Assembly: GCA_944326125.1 (NCBI GenBank)
Contig: CALVCR010000034.1
Span: 1-51,371, forward strand
Length of the DNA: 51,371 nucleotides
Reading direction: 5' to 3'
Source of the DNA: Candidatus Gastranaerophilales bacterium
Lineage (GTDB): Bacteria; Cyanobacteriota; Vampirovibrionia; Gastranaerophilales; Gastranaerophilaceae
Positions 43,637 through 51,371 of the stretch are shown here, one piece after another (within the stretch, counting starts at the first letter, position 1; every line of letters starts with the position of its first letter). The translations under genes and the position numbers were made by a program. The notes under the pieces were generated by a model. That model saw only the letters and a list, made by a program, of their open reading frames with translations, was not told where the DNA came from and ran no database searches.

Positions 43637-43654
43637 TTTACAAATCTTTACAAT
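43637..43654 (+). promoter_or_regulatory. HLR1-type direct repeat TTTACAAA-TC-TTTACAAT
   Basis: Perfect HLR1 consensus between the candidate sRNA and the dapB promoter. Confidence 0.6.
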
Positions 43655-43747
43655 TAACTCCTGAAATCCTTGTATATTAATAATTTTGTTTGTTATATAA
43701 TTTACTAGCCAGAGATAAATGGCGGTAGTAGTCGAGAGGGGTTAAAA

Positions 43748-44515
43748 GTGAGTGTTTTAACAGATAAAATAAAAATTGCTGTCTGCGGTTCAAATGGGAA
43801 AATGGGACAAGAGGTTATAAAAGCAGTTAAATCTGCTGAGGATATGGAACTTACGGCTGAGATTGACATAGTAAATGGTCAATATTCTTCTATTAAAGAA
43901 GCTAAAGATGCCGTTTCTATAGATGTTCTTATAGATTTTACTCAGCCGGCATCAATTTATGAAAATGCTTTATTTTGTCTGAATAACGGTATAAATATTG
44001 TTATAGGTACAACCGGTTTAAAGGATGAACAGATTAAAGAATTAGAAACCCTTTCAAAGGCTAATAACCTGGGATGTTTAATTGCACCTAATTTCTCTAC
44101 CGGAGCGGTTTTGATGATGATGTTTGCCAAAATGGCATCAAAATATTTTAAAAATGCTGAAATTATTGAACTTCATCATAATCAAAAAAAGGATGCTCCG
44201 TCAGGAACTGCAGTAAAAACAGCTTTAATGATGTCAGAAGAAAATTCTGATTTTACATTCGGAAACTGTCCTGAAAAAGAAACTATAGACGGAGCAAGAG
44301 GGGCAGAGGCTTATAACAATATTCATATTCATTCTGTCAGACTTCCGGGTTATATTGCTTCGCAAGAAGTGTTGTTTGGATCATCCGGCCAGATTCTTAC
44401 TATAAGACATGATTCTATGAACAGAGAGTGTTATATGCCGGGTGTTTTAATGGCTGTAAGACATGTATTTGGAAACAAAGATTTTGTTTACGGTCTTGAA
44501 AAGATAATGGATTAA
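43748..44515 (+). CDS. dapB: 4-hydroxy-tetrahydrodipicolinate reductase
   Basis: GSNGKMG, IDFT, VIGTTG, APNFS, EIIELHHNQKKDAPSGTA. Confidence 0.97.
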   Translation: MSVLTDKIKIAVCGSNGKMGQEVIKAVKSAEDMELTAEIDIVNGQYSSIKEAKDAVSIDVLIDFTQPASIYENALFCLNNGINIVIGTTGLKDEQIKELETLSKANNLGCLIAPNFSTGAVLMMMFAKMASKYFKNAEIIELHHNQKKDAPSGTAVKTALMMSEENSDFTFGNCPEKETIDGARGAEAYNNIHIHSVRLPGYIASQEVLFGSSGQILTIRHDSMNRECYMPGVLMAVRHVFGNKDFVYGLEKIMD

Positions 44516-44525
44516 GGAGTATGCA

Positions 44526-45539
44526 ATGACAAAACCTAACATAGCGGTGCTTGGTGCCACAGGTGTTGTAGGAAGAGAAATTCTTCAAATTTCTGAGGAG
44601 CTCGGTGTTGAGTATAATTCTATTAAGTTTTTATCAAGTGCACGTAGTGCCGGATCCAAAATAACCTTCAAAGGTAAAGAATATACTGTAGAAGAGGCTA
44701 AGCCAGAATCTTTTGATGGTGTAAATATTGTTATGGCTTCTGCTGGCGGTTCTACGAGTAAAAAGTTCGCTCCGGAAATTGTGAAGCGGGGCGGAGTTTT
44801 AATTGATAATTCTTCTGCCTTTAGAATGGATAAGGAGGTTCCGCTTGTTATTGTCGGGGTAAATGATGAGGATTTGAGACTCCACAAAGGGATTATTGCA
44901 AATCCTAATTGCTCAACTTCTCAGCTTATGCTGGTGCTAGAACCTTTAAAGAAATTTGGAATTAAAAGACTTATTGTATCTACTTATCAATCTGTATCCG
45001 GTGCGGGGCTTGCGGCGATGAATGAGCTAAGAGATGATACCGCAGCGCGGCTTAAGGGTGAAAAGTTTGAAAATGTATGTTTTAAAAAGCCGATTTCATT
45101 TAATGTTATTCCGCAGATTGATGTATTCTGTGAAAACGGGTATACAAAAGAAGAGATGAAAGTCGTTAATGAAACGAGAAAGATCCTTCACTTGAGCGAA
45201 GATATGCTTATCTCTTGTACTGCAGTCAGGGTTCCCGTATTCAGAGGCCACTCTGAAGCTGTAGACATAGAATTTGAACAAGAAGTTTCTCCGGATGAAG
45301 TAAGAAAAATCTTATCAAATTCTTTTGGGGTAAAAGTTATAGACAATCCTGATAATTATGAATATCCGACAACGAGGGATGCTGATGGCGTAGATCCTGT
45401 TTTTGCAGGCAGAATCAGGAAAAATCTTGCTTTTAATAACGGAATTTCACTATGGTGTGTTGCGGATAATTTACGTATCGGAGCAGCTTTGAATACTGTT
45501 AGAATCTGTAAGAAGGTTACTGAAATGGAGTTGTTTTAG
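44526..45539 (+). CDS. asd: Aspartate-semialdehyde dehydrogenase
   Basis: LGATGVVG, IDNSSAFRM, IIANPNCST, STYQSVSGAG, RVPVFRGHSE, DNLRIGAALN. Confidence 0.97.
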   Translation: MTKPNIAVLGATGVVGREILQISEELGVEYNSIKFLSSARSAGSKITFKGKEYTVEEAKPESFDGVNIVMASAGGSTSKKFAPEIVKRGGVLIDNSSAFRMDKEVPLVIVGVNDEDLRLHKGIIANPNCSTSQLMLVLEPLKKFGIKRLIVSTYQSVSGAGLAAMNELRDDTAARLKGEKFENVCFKKPISFNVIPQIDVFCENGYTKEEMKVVNETRKILHLSEDMLISCTAVRVPVFRGHSEAVDIEFEQEVSPDEVRKILSNSFGVKVIDNPDNYEYPTTRDADGVDPVFAGRIRKNLAFNNGISLWCVADNLRIGAALNTVRICKKVTEMELF

Positions 45540-46010
45540 ATGGGTAGACTTGTAAGCCAGTTTGAAATAATTGATATAGTCAATAAAGGGCATAAGGAAG
45601 GCAAGACGTTCGTTGTTACAAACGGTTGTTTTGATATTTTACATGTCGGTCATGTCAGATATTTAAAAAAAACAAAAAGTTTTGCTGATTATTTAATTGT
45701 TTTATTAAATTCTGACAGTTCTGTTAAGGCGATTAAAGGGGATTCAAGGCCAATAAATAATGAGCTTGACCGTGCTGAAATATTAAGTTCTTTGAGCTGT
45801 GTTGATTATGTGGTATTATTTGATGAGAGCTCCCCTGCAAATCTTTTGGAGAGGATTAAGCCGGATGTTTATACAAAAGGAGCTGATTATACCTTAGAAA
45901 CGCTTCCTGAGAGAGAAGTCGTTTTAAGAAATAATATTAAGGTAGAGTTCATAGACTTTGTTCAGGGTAAATCTACTACAAATATTATTAATAAGATTAA
46001 TTCTAATTGA
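45540..46010 (+). CDS. rfaE2: D-glycero-beta-D-manno-heptose 1-phosphate adenylyltransferase (RfaE domain II/HldC)
   Basis: TNGCFDILHVGHVRYL, NSDSSV..KGDSRPIN, KGADY, STTNII. Confidence 0.93.
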   Translation: MGRLVSQFEIIDIVNKGHKEGKTFVVTNGCFDILHVGHVRYLKKTKSFADYLIVLLNSDSSVKAIKGDSRPINNELDRAEILSSLSCVDYVVLFDESSPANLLERIKPDVYTKGADYTLETLPEREVVLRNNIKVEFIDFVQGKSTTNIINKINSN

Positions 46011-46034
46011 TTTAGTGAATATAAGGAGTGTATT

Positions 46035-47135
46035 ATGAAGACATTTACATTGGAACAGATTGCACAGATTACCGGAGGCATGCTTACTAAGGCTAAAGAT
46101 GCTGCTATTACAAGAATTGCACCGCCGGCTTTGGCTGATGAAAATACCTTGGCTCTTGCGCTTGGCGAAGATGAAATCGCAAATCTTGCTAATACAAAGG
46201 CTAAAGCTGCTCTTGTCCCTTTGGGTGTAAATATTGACGGTTTTACTACTATTGAAGTGGAAAGACCTCGTCTTGCAATGATGAAATTAATTAATATGTT
46301 TTATGAAGCTCCTCATGTTAATACCGGGGTTCATCCATCAGCTGTTGTTCATCCTTCTGCAAAATTGGGTGAAAATGTTTCAATAGGACCGAATGTAGTT
46401 ATCGGTGAAAATGTCCATATAGGTGATAATACAAAAATTATGGCCAATTCTTATATAGGAAGCAGTACTGTTATAGGTAATAATTGTTTCTTCCACCCGG
46501 GGGTAAATATCGGAGATAGGGTTAAAGTCGGTAACGACGTAATCCTTCACCATGGCGTATCTTTGGGTGCAGATGGATTCAGCTTTGTAACTGAAAATCC
46601 TAACAATATTGAACAAGCCCGCAAAGACGGTGAGATTAGAGAAAATGATGTAGAACAGGTTATATTTAAGATTCCTTCAATAGGTTCCGTTGAAATTGGA
46701 AACAATGTTGAAATTGGGGCAAATACTGCAATAGACAGAGGTACTATTGAAAATACTGTTGTTGGTGACAATACAAAAATTGATGACCTTGTTATGATTG
46801 GTCATAACTGCCGTATAGGTAAAGGTTGTATGATAGTTTCTCAAGTTGGTATTGCAGGAAGCTGCGTAATCGGTGACAGAGTTGTAATCGCAGGTCAAGC
46901 AGGTTTAGCTGATCACATTAAGATTGGTGATGATACAATTATTGCAGCTCAGGCAGGTGTAACAAAGAGCTTCCCTGCTAAATCAATTGTTGTAGGTGCT
47001 CCTGCCGTTCCTAGAAAAGAATTTATTAAGCAGCTCAAGATTATGAAAGATGCCGGTGATTTGATAGCTAAATTCAAAAAATATGAGCCGCTTCTTAAAA
47101 CGTTTGAAGAAGGGCATGAAACTGCAGAGGTTTAA
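46035..47135 (+). CDS. lpxD: UDP-3-O-(3-hydroxyacyl)glucosamine N-acyltransferase
   Basis: Hexapeptide repeats, GADGFSF, EIGANTAIDRG, TKIDDLVMIGHN. Confidence 0.96.
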   Translation: MKTFTLEQIAQITGGMLTKAKDAAITRIAPPALADENTLALALGEDEIANLANTKAKAALVPLGVNIDGFTTIEVERPRLAMMKLINMFYEAPHVNTGVHPSAVVHPSAKLGENVSIGPNVVIGENVHIGDNTKIMANSYIGSSTVIGNNCFFHPGVNIGDRVKVGNDVILHHGVSLGADGFSFVTENPNNIEQARKDGEIRENDVEQVIFKIPSIGSVEIGNNVEIGANTAIDRGTIENTVVGDNTKIDDLVMIGHNCRIGKGCMIVSQVGIAGSCVIGDRVVIAGQAGLADHIKIGDDTIIAAQAGVTKSFPAKSIVVGAPAVPRKEFIKQLKIMKDAGDLIAKFKKYEPLLKTFEEGHETAEV

Positions 47136-47137
47136 GA

Positions 47138-47974
47138 ATGGTAACTATTAAAACAGAGATAAAAACGTCAGGAAGATCTTTAATGAAAAATCTCCTTTGT
47201 GAGGTCGTAATAAAACCTTCCAGAGGCGGAAAAATCAGAATCTTTTCTAAAGGTGCTGATGTCTGTTTTAATGCAGAAATTGAAAACCTTCATTCTACGG
47301 ATCACTGTGTTACTTTGTGCAGTAAAGAACACAGAACATTGCTCGGCGATTATAAATACAAAGCAATGCTTTGCGAGCACTTTATGGCTGCCTGCGCAAT
47401 ATGTAAGATAGATTCAATAGATGTTTATCTTTCAGAGACAGAGTTTCCTGCTTTTGACGGCAGTGCTAAAGTTTGGGTAGATCTGTTTAAAAATGCAGGT
47501 ATAGAGGGTGTAAACAATGATTTGTATACTGTAAGCGAACCCGTTTATTACCTTAACGGCAAGACCAGTATGGTAATACTTCCGGATAAGGATTTATATA
47601 TTTCTTATGCGGTAAATTATGATCATCCTGATTTAAGAAGAAGATGGGTGAGTGTAGATTTAAAAAATCTTGATGAAATAATTGAGGCAAGAACTTTCGG
47701 GTTTTACAAGGACTTAAAGAAATTCCAGATGCTGGGCTTTGCTAAAGGGGTAACTATTGATAATACGGTAGGATTGAAAGATGAAGGTTTTACAACAGAA
47801 CTTCGGTCTGAGTTAGAACCTGTAAAACATAAGATTCTGGATTTATTTGGAGATTTATATTTAACAGGGGTTTCACCGCTGAATATGAGAGCTCAAATAC
47901 TTGTTAAAGAAGCAGGGCATGCTGTACATACAAAAGTTGCTCAGATACTTAAGAATAAATTAGTTAAAATATAA
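47138..47974 (+). CDS. lpxC: UDP-3-O-acyl-N-acetylglucosamine deacetylase (divergent)
   Basis: CEHFMAA, FDGSA, ARTFGF, EPVKHKILDLFGDL, AGH; lies between lpxD and fabZ. Confidence 0.9.
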   Translation: MVTIKTEIKTSGRSLMKNLLCEVVIKPSRGGKIRIFSKGADVCFNAEIENLHSTDHCVTLCSKEHRTLLGDYKYKAMLCEHFMAACAICKIDSIDVYLSETEFPAFDGSAKVWVDLFKNAGIEGVNNDLYTVSEPVYYLNGKTSMVILPDKDLYISYAVNYDHPDLRRRWVSVDLKNLDEIIEARTFGFYKDLKKFQMLGFAKGVTIDNTVGLKDEGFTTELRSELEPVKHKILDLFGDLYLTGVSPLNMRAQILVKEAGHAVHTKVAQILKNKLVKI

Positions 47975-47987
47975 GAAGGAGAAAAAT

Positions 47988-48428
47988 ATGTCAGAAGAAA
48001 TTTTAACATTTGATACCTTGCAGATCATGGAAATGATTCCGCACAGATATCCGTTTTTACTTGTAGACAGAATTACTGAATGCGTTCCTGGAAAGTATGC
48101 TAAGGGGTATAAAAACCTTACTATGAATGAAGAGTTTTTCCAAGGCCATTTCCCTGGTAATCCTATTATGCCTGGTGTTTTGCAGCTTGAAGCTTTGGCG
48201 CAATGCTCTGCCCCTGTTTTAATGTGTCTGCCTGAATACAAAGGCAAACTTACGCTTTATGCCGGTGCTGATAATGTAAGATGGAAAAATATTGTAAGAC
48301 CAGGAGATAGATTGGATATGCATATAGAACTTACAAAAGTAAAAGGTCCTATCTGTAAGTGCCACGGTACAGGTTATGTTGACGGTAAAGTAGCTATAGA
48401 AGCTGATATTACCGTAGCTTTAAAATAA
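47988..48428 (+). CDS. fabZ: 3-hydroxyacyl-ACP dehydratase
   Basis: PHRYPFLLVDR, FFQGHFPGNPIMPGVL.LEALAQ. Confidence 0.97.
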   Translation: MSEEILTFDTLQIMEMIPHRYPFLLVDRITECVPGKYAKGYKNLTMNEEFFQGHFPGNPIMPGVLQLEALAQCSAPVLMCLPEYKGKLTLYAGADNVRWKNIVRPGDRLDMHIELTKVKGPICKCHGTGYVDGKVAIEADITVALK

Positions 48429-48434
48429 AATGGG

Positions 48435-48466
48435 GAAGAGTCTCTTCTATGAGACTCTTCTATTTT
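48435..48466 (+). terminator. Intrinsic terminator after fabZ
   Basis: GAAGAGTCTC-TTCTAT-GAGACTCTTC-TATTTT. Confidence 0.8.
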
Positions 48467-48518
48467 GTATTTAAATATGTTACAATAATATGAAGAAAAG
48501 TTAACAAGGGGAAAACTT

Positions 48519-48944
48519 TTGACAGAGAGGGTTATATTAGGTTCAGATCACGGAGGCTTCCAGCTCAAGTGTGAAATTCTAAAGCACCTTAAAGAACAAG
48601 GTTATGAAGTATACGATGTCGGATGTTATTCAGAAGAGTCATGTGACTATCCTGTTATAGCTAAAGCTGTTGTGCATGAAGTTTTAAAGACATCTGACAA
48701 AGCTATTCTTGTTTGCGGAACGGGAATTGGTATGTCAATTGCTGCTAACAGATTTGATGGTATCAGGGCTTCACATTGTACAGATACTTTTTCTGCGAGA
48801 ATGACAAGAATGCATAATGATTCTAATATTCTTTGCCTTGGTGAGAGAATAACAGGAACAGGGCTTGCTTTAGATATAGTGGATATTTGGATGAATACCG
48901 GCTTTGAAGGCGGAAGGCATAAGAACCGAATAGATATGATATAA
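48519..48944 (+). CDS. rpiB: Ribose-5-phosphate isomerase B
   Basis: GSDHGG, DYP, CGTGIGMSIAANR, HNDSNILCLG, FEGGRH; TTG start. Confidence 0.96.
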   Translation: MTERVILGSDHGGFQLKCEILKHLKEQGYEVYDVGCYSEESCDYPVIAKAVVHEVLKTSDKAILVCGTGIGMSIAANRFDGIRASHCTDTFSARMTRMHNDSNILCLGERITGTGLALDIVDIWMNTGFEGGRHKNRIDMI

Positions 48945-48957
48945 TACGGAGATTTGA

Positions 48958-49362
48958 ATGGCGGAAGGAATTACATCTTATAAACTGGCGTGTGTTATAG
49001 CAAGATTTTTGGATGAAAAACTTGCTAAAAATATTTCTATACTAAATATTAGCAATGTTTCATCTTTTGCGGATTATTTTGTAATTTGTTCTGCACAGAC
49101 AAATACTCAAGTAAAAGCTTTAACAGAAAATCTGACTGATAAGGTGAAATCAACCTTTGCAAGACTACCTATGGGAAAAGAAAATGATGTCAAAAATCGT
49201 TGGAATCTGGTGGATTACGGTGATGTAGTTGTTCATATACTTCATCAGGATGAGAGAGAAACCTATGCTATAGAAAAATTCTGGAATCATGCATTTAGTA
49301 TTCCGGAAGAAACTTGGATGAAGGAATCTGAAGAGTATTCAGAATATAAAGTGGAGAAGTAA
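48958..49362 (+). CDS. rsfS: Ribosome silencing factor (iojap)
   Basis: EKLAKNI, ADYFVICS, WNLVDYGDVVVHI, YAIEKFW. Confidence 0.95.
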   Translation: MAEGITSYKLACVIARFLDEKLAKNISILNISNVSSFADYFVICSAQTNTQVKALTENLTDKVKSTFARLPMGKENDVKNRWNLVDYGDVVVHILHQDERETYAIEKFWNHAFSIPEETWMKESEEYSEYKVEK

Positions 49363-49370
49363 GAGTTAAT

Positions 49371-50441
49371 ATGGATAAACAAGAATTAAATAAGGCTATT
49401 GAAAAAACTGTTTTGAAAATGGCAATGGATCCAAAAAATACAGAGTATTACCATGAATTGGCTAAATACTACGCAATGGATAACCAGTTTGAGAAAGTTA
49501 TTTCAGTATACGAAAGTTTACTTGATATTGATCCTAAAGATTTGCAGACACTTTTAAATCTCGGAAGTATCTGGTTCTATGCTAAAGAATATAAGAAAGC
49601 TCTTAAATGTTTTAATGAAGCCATGCTGGTAAATCCAAGCAATTACCTTGTTTATTATAACCTCGGTAATACTTATGCTGAGATGAAAAATTTTGCTAAA
49701 GCTCTGCATTATTATTCTAGAACACTGGATTTTAACGCAAATGATCCTGAAATTTATAATGCAATTGCACTTTTGTATCATGATTTTGAGGATTATGTTG
49801 AATCAAGAGCTTATTATGAAAAAACATTGTCCTTGGATCCTAATAATTTAACAGCTCTTGTTGATTTGGGAAATGTTTGCTACAAGCTCTTTGATTATAA
49901 TAAAGCACTTGATTATTATTACAAAGTGTTTGAACTTGCTCCTGACAATAAAACTGTTGCGCTTTGTATAGCAAATACGCTTTCTGTCACGAAGGATAAA
50001 GAGAAAGCATATGAGTATTTTGAAAAATCTATAGCACTTGACGGGGATAACTACAAGGCTTATATCTGTTATGCAATAGCAAAATCCGATTTCAAAGATT
50101 ATGATGATGCAATAAAGCTTTATAAAAAAGCTATAGAAATTAATCCAAAAGAAGTTAATGCTTATATTCTGCTTGGCAACCTATATTCAAATCTTAAAAG
50201 ATATGAGGAAGCTGAAGCACAATATAGAGAAGCTCTTAAGATTAACAAACTGGATCCGAGCATATTTGTACTTATAGCGAATGTTTACTTTATGAGCGGA
50301 CAGGTGGAAAGATCAATTTACTCATACAGAGCTGCTGTTAACTTGAGACCTGAAAATGATGAATACAAATTAGTATTTATACAGGTTCTGGAAGATTATA
50401 TAGAAGAGTCAAGAAAGGGTGATTTAGTTGCGAACTTCTAA
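49371..50441 (+). CDS. Tetratricopeptide repeat protein
   Basis: About 9-10 consecutive 34-aa TPR units (YYNLGNTY, YKKAIEINP, YREALKIN). Confidence 0.9.
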   Translation: MDKQELNKAIEKTVLKMAMDPKNTEYYHELAKYYAMDNQFEKVISVYESLLDIDPKDLQTLLNLGSIWFYAKEYKKALKCFNEAMLVNPSNYLVYYNLGNTYAEMKNFAKALHYYSRTLDFNANDPEIYNAIALLYHDFEDYVESRAYYEKTLSLDPNNLTALVDLGNVCYKLFDYNKALDYYYKVFELAPDNKTVALCIANTLSVTKDKEKAYEYFEKSIALDGDNYKAYICYAIAKSDFKDYDDAIKLYKKAIEINPKEVNAYILLGNLYSNLKRYEEAEAQYREALKINKLDPSIFVLIANVYFMSGQVERSIYSYRAAVNLRPENDEYKLVFIQVLEDYIEESRKGDLVANF

Positions 50442-50832
50442 CGGTCCATATGCAATAGAGAGGATTCTGTCTGCAGCCACTTACTTAACGGCCGGTGGGG
50501 TAGGTTTTGTGTGGTTGATTATTGCTGCTTTTATGAGAAAGCATATTACTCCGTTTTTGATGTATCACATATTGCAGTCTATTTTTCTTTCCATACTTTT
50601 CTTCTTAATCTCAATATTAGGGGAATTGATTTACGTTATATTGTATAGAATTCCTGTAATTAATTCAATTCCGTACTGGCTGAGTTTCCCTATGCCATTT
50701 TTATTAAATCTTTCTGTTGTACAGGCTTTTACAACCCTTGTGATTTTATATTTGGCTATAACTTCTTTTATGGGGCTTTACAGCTATATCCCTTGGGTAT
50801 CAGATATTATAAGGCAGAATACGGGACGATAA
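50428..50832 (+). CDS. Tic20-like/DUF4870 membrane protein
   Basis: ERILSAATYL, PFLMYHILQSIFL, YIPWVSDII; hydrophobic helices. Confidence 0.65.
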   Translation: MRTSNGPYAIERILSAATYLTAGGVGFVWLIIAAFMRKHITPFLMYHILQSIFLSILFFLISILGELIYVILYRIPVINSIPYWLSFPMPFLLNLSVVQAFTTLVILYLAITSFMGLYSYIPWVSDIIRQNTGR

Positions 50833-50896
50833 ATATTAGTTTTTATCATTAAAAACTTGTGATGGGATAAAAGTGAATGCAAATCTAATAATAACA

Positions 50897-50914
50897 GATG
50901 TAACGAAATGTAAA
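50897..50914 (-). promoter_or_regulatory. HLR1-like direct repeat TTTACATT-TC-GTTACATC
   Basis: One mismatch to HLR1; upstream of the flagellin leader, followed by further degenerate GTAAA/GTTA half-sites. Confidence 0.45.
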
Positions 50915-51121
50915 AATTTCGTAAAAAAGTGTTATTGAAGCAATGAAATGTGGAATTAAGAAAGAGTAAGGAAACGCCCGAAGATCGTATTAAGGAATAG
51001 AAAGATATGAGAAGCAGCCGCAGCAGTAGTCGTTTAAATAAGCCTGCAACTTGCTCCCCGCGCGGGTTTGACGCCACGGGGGGGGGGCTGGAAGCTGCCT
51101 TTGCGTCTCACTCCGGCTCTA

Positions 51122-51188
51122 CCTCTCCTTAGAGGAGAGGGAAGGATTTGTTAATGAACCGGAGGAGAATTTACAAATCCGGGAGAGG
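51122..51188 (+). repeat. REP-like palindromic element
   Basis: CCTCTCCT-TAG-AGGAGAGG hairpin, GGATTTGT...ACAAATCC hairpin, then a second GGGAGAGG. Confidence 0.6.
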
Positions 51189-51197
51189 TTTACCCCC

Positions 51198-51225
51198 TAT
51201 TCACGACTCACGGCTCACGAATCAC
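51198..51225 (+). repeat. Four tandem heptamers NNNTCAC (STRR-like)
   Basis: TATTCAC GACTCAC GGCTCAC GAATCAC. Confidence 0.7.
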
Positions 51226-51244
51226 GCGAAAGCGAGGTGTTGAA

Positions 51245-51371
51245 ATGTTAAGCATAAACACCAACCTGACGGATATGATAATTTTAGATAGCCTGAATAA
51301 TTCTACTAATGGGATTAATAAGAGTATAGAGCGACTGACCACGGGCTATAAACTAAACCATGCGAAAGATA
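51245..51371 (+). CDS. fliC: Flagellin, N-terminal part (truncated by the window end)
   Basis: GAGGTG SD; MLSINTNLTDMIILDSLNNSTNGINKSIERLTTGYKLNHAKD matches the flagellin N-terminal helix (INTN...SIERL.TG.K.N.A.D); not in the ORF track. Confidence 0.85.
   Translation, partial: MLSINTNLTDMIILDSLNNSTNGINKSIERLTTGYKLNHAKD

Noticed and set aside
43655-43747. Lysine riboswitch upstream of dapB-asd
   Set aside because: The leader is too short and lacks the conserved AGAGG..ACT/kink-turn architecture
50784-51077. 97-aa minus-strand ORF in the flagellin upstream region
   Set aside because: Implausible composition, overlaps the Tic20-like gene end and the promoter region, no SD

Overview
AT-rich, gene-dense bacterial chromosome segment. 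It most likely comes from a non-photosynthetic cyanobacterial relative (Melainabacteria/Vampirovibrionia, Gastranaerophilales-like). This is inferred from cyanobacterial signature families (DUF1822-, DUF3326-, DUF4330-, IctB- and Tic20-like), LPS genes, a KKAFSLAE prepilin, a flagellin and the absence of photosynthesis genes. Housekeeping genes are rnpA, spmA/B, glcD-like, cutA, nadB/C, tRNA-Arg(CCG), tig, a split heptose kinase and adenylyltransferase, ligA, the transketolase N-half, a WecB/TagA glycosyltransferase, dapB, asd, lpxD, lpxC, fabZ, rpiB and rsfS. No CRISPR array, IS or prophage was seen. Best leads: (1) a three-gene operon (1914-8475) encoding a DUF1822/anti-sigma-like/TM/TonB-C-like protein, a sigma-like protein whose regions 2 and 4 are split by a long acidic linker, and a triple-zinc-ribbon STAND ATPase-TPR protein; (2) five intergenic HLR1 (RpaB-box) direct repeats, two of them next to candidate C-rich small RNAs with their own terminators; (3) a structured flagellin leader in which a G10 tract lies in an upstream ORF that would be coupled to the flagellin start after a +1 slip; (4) a 2114-aa coiled-coil protein and several lineage-specific repeat proteins. 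All family assignments are by eye from motifs; no database searches were run.
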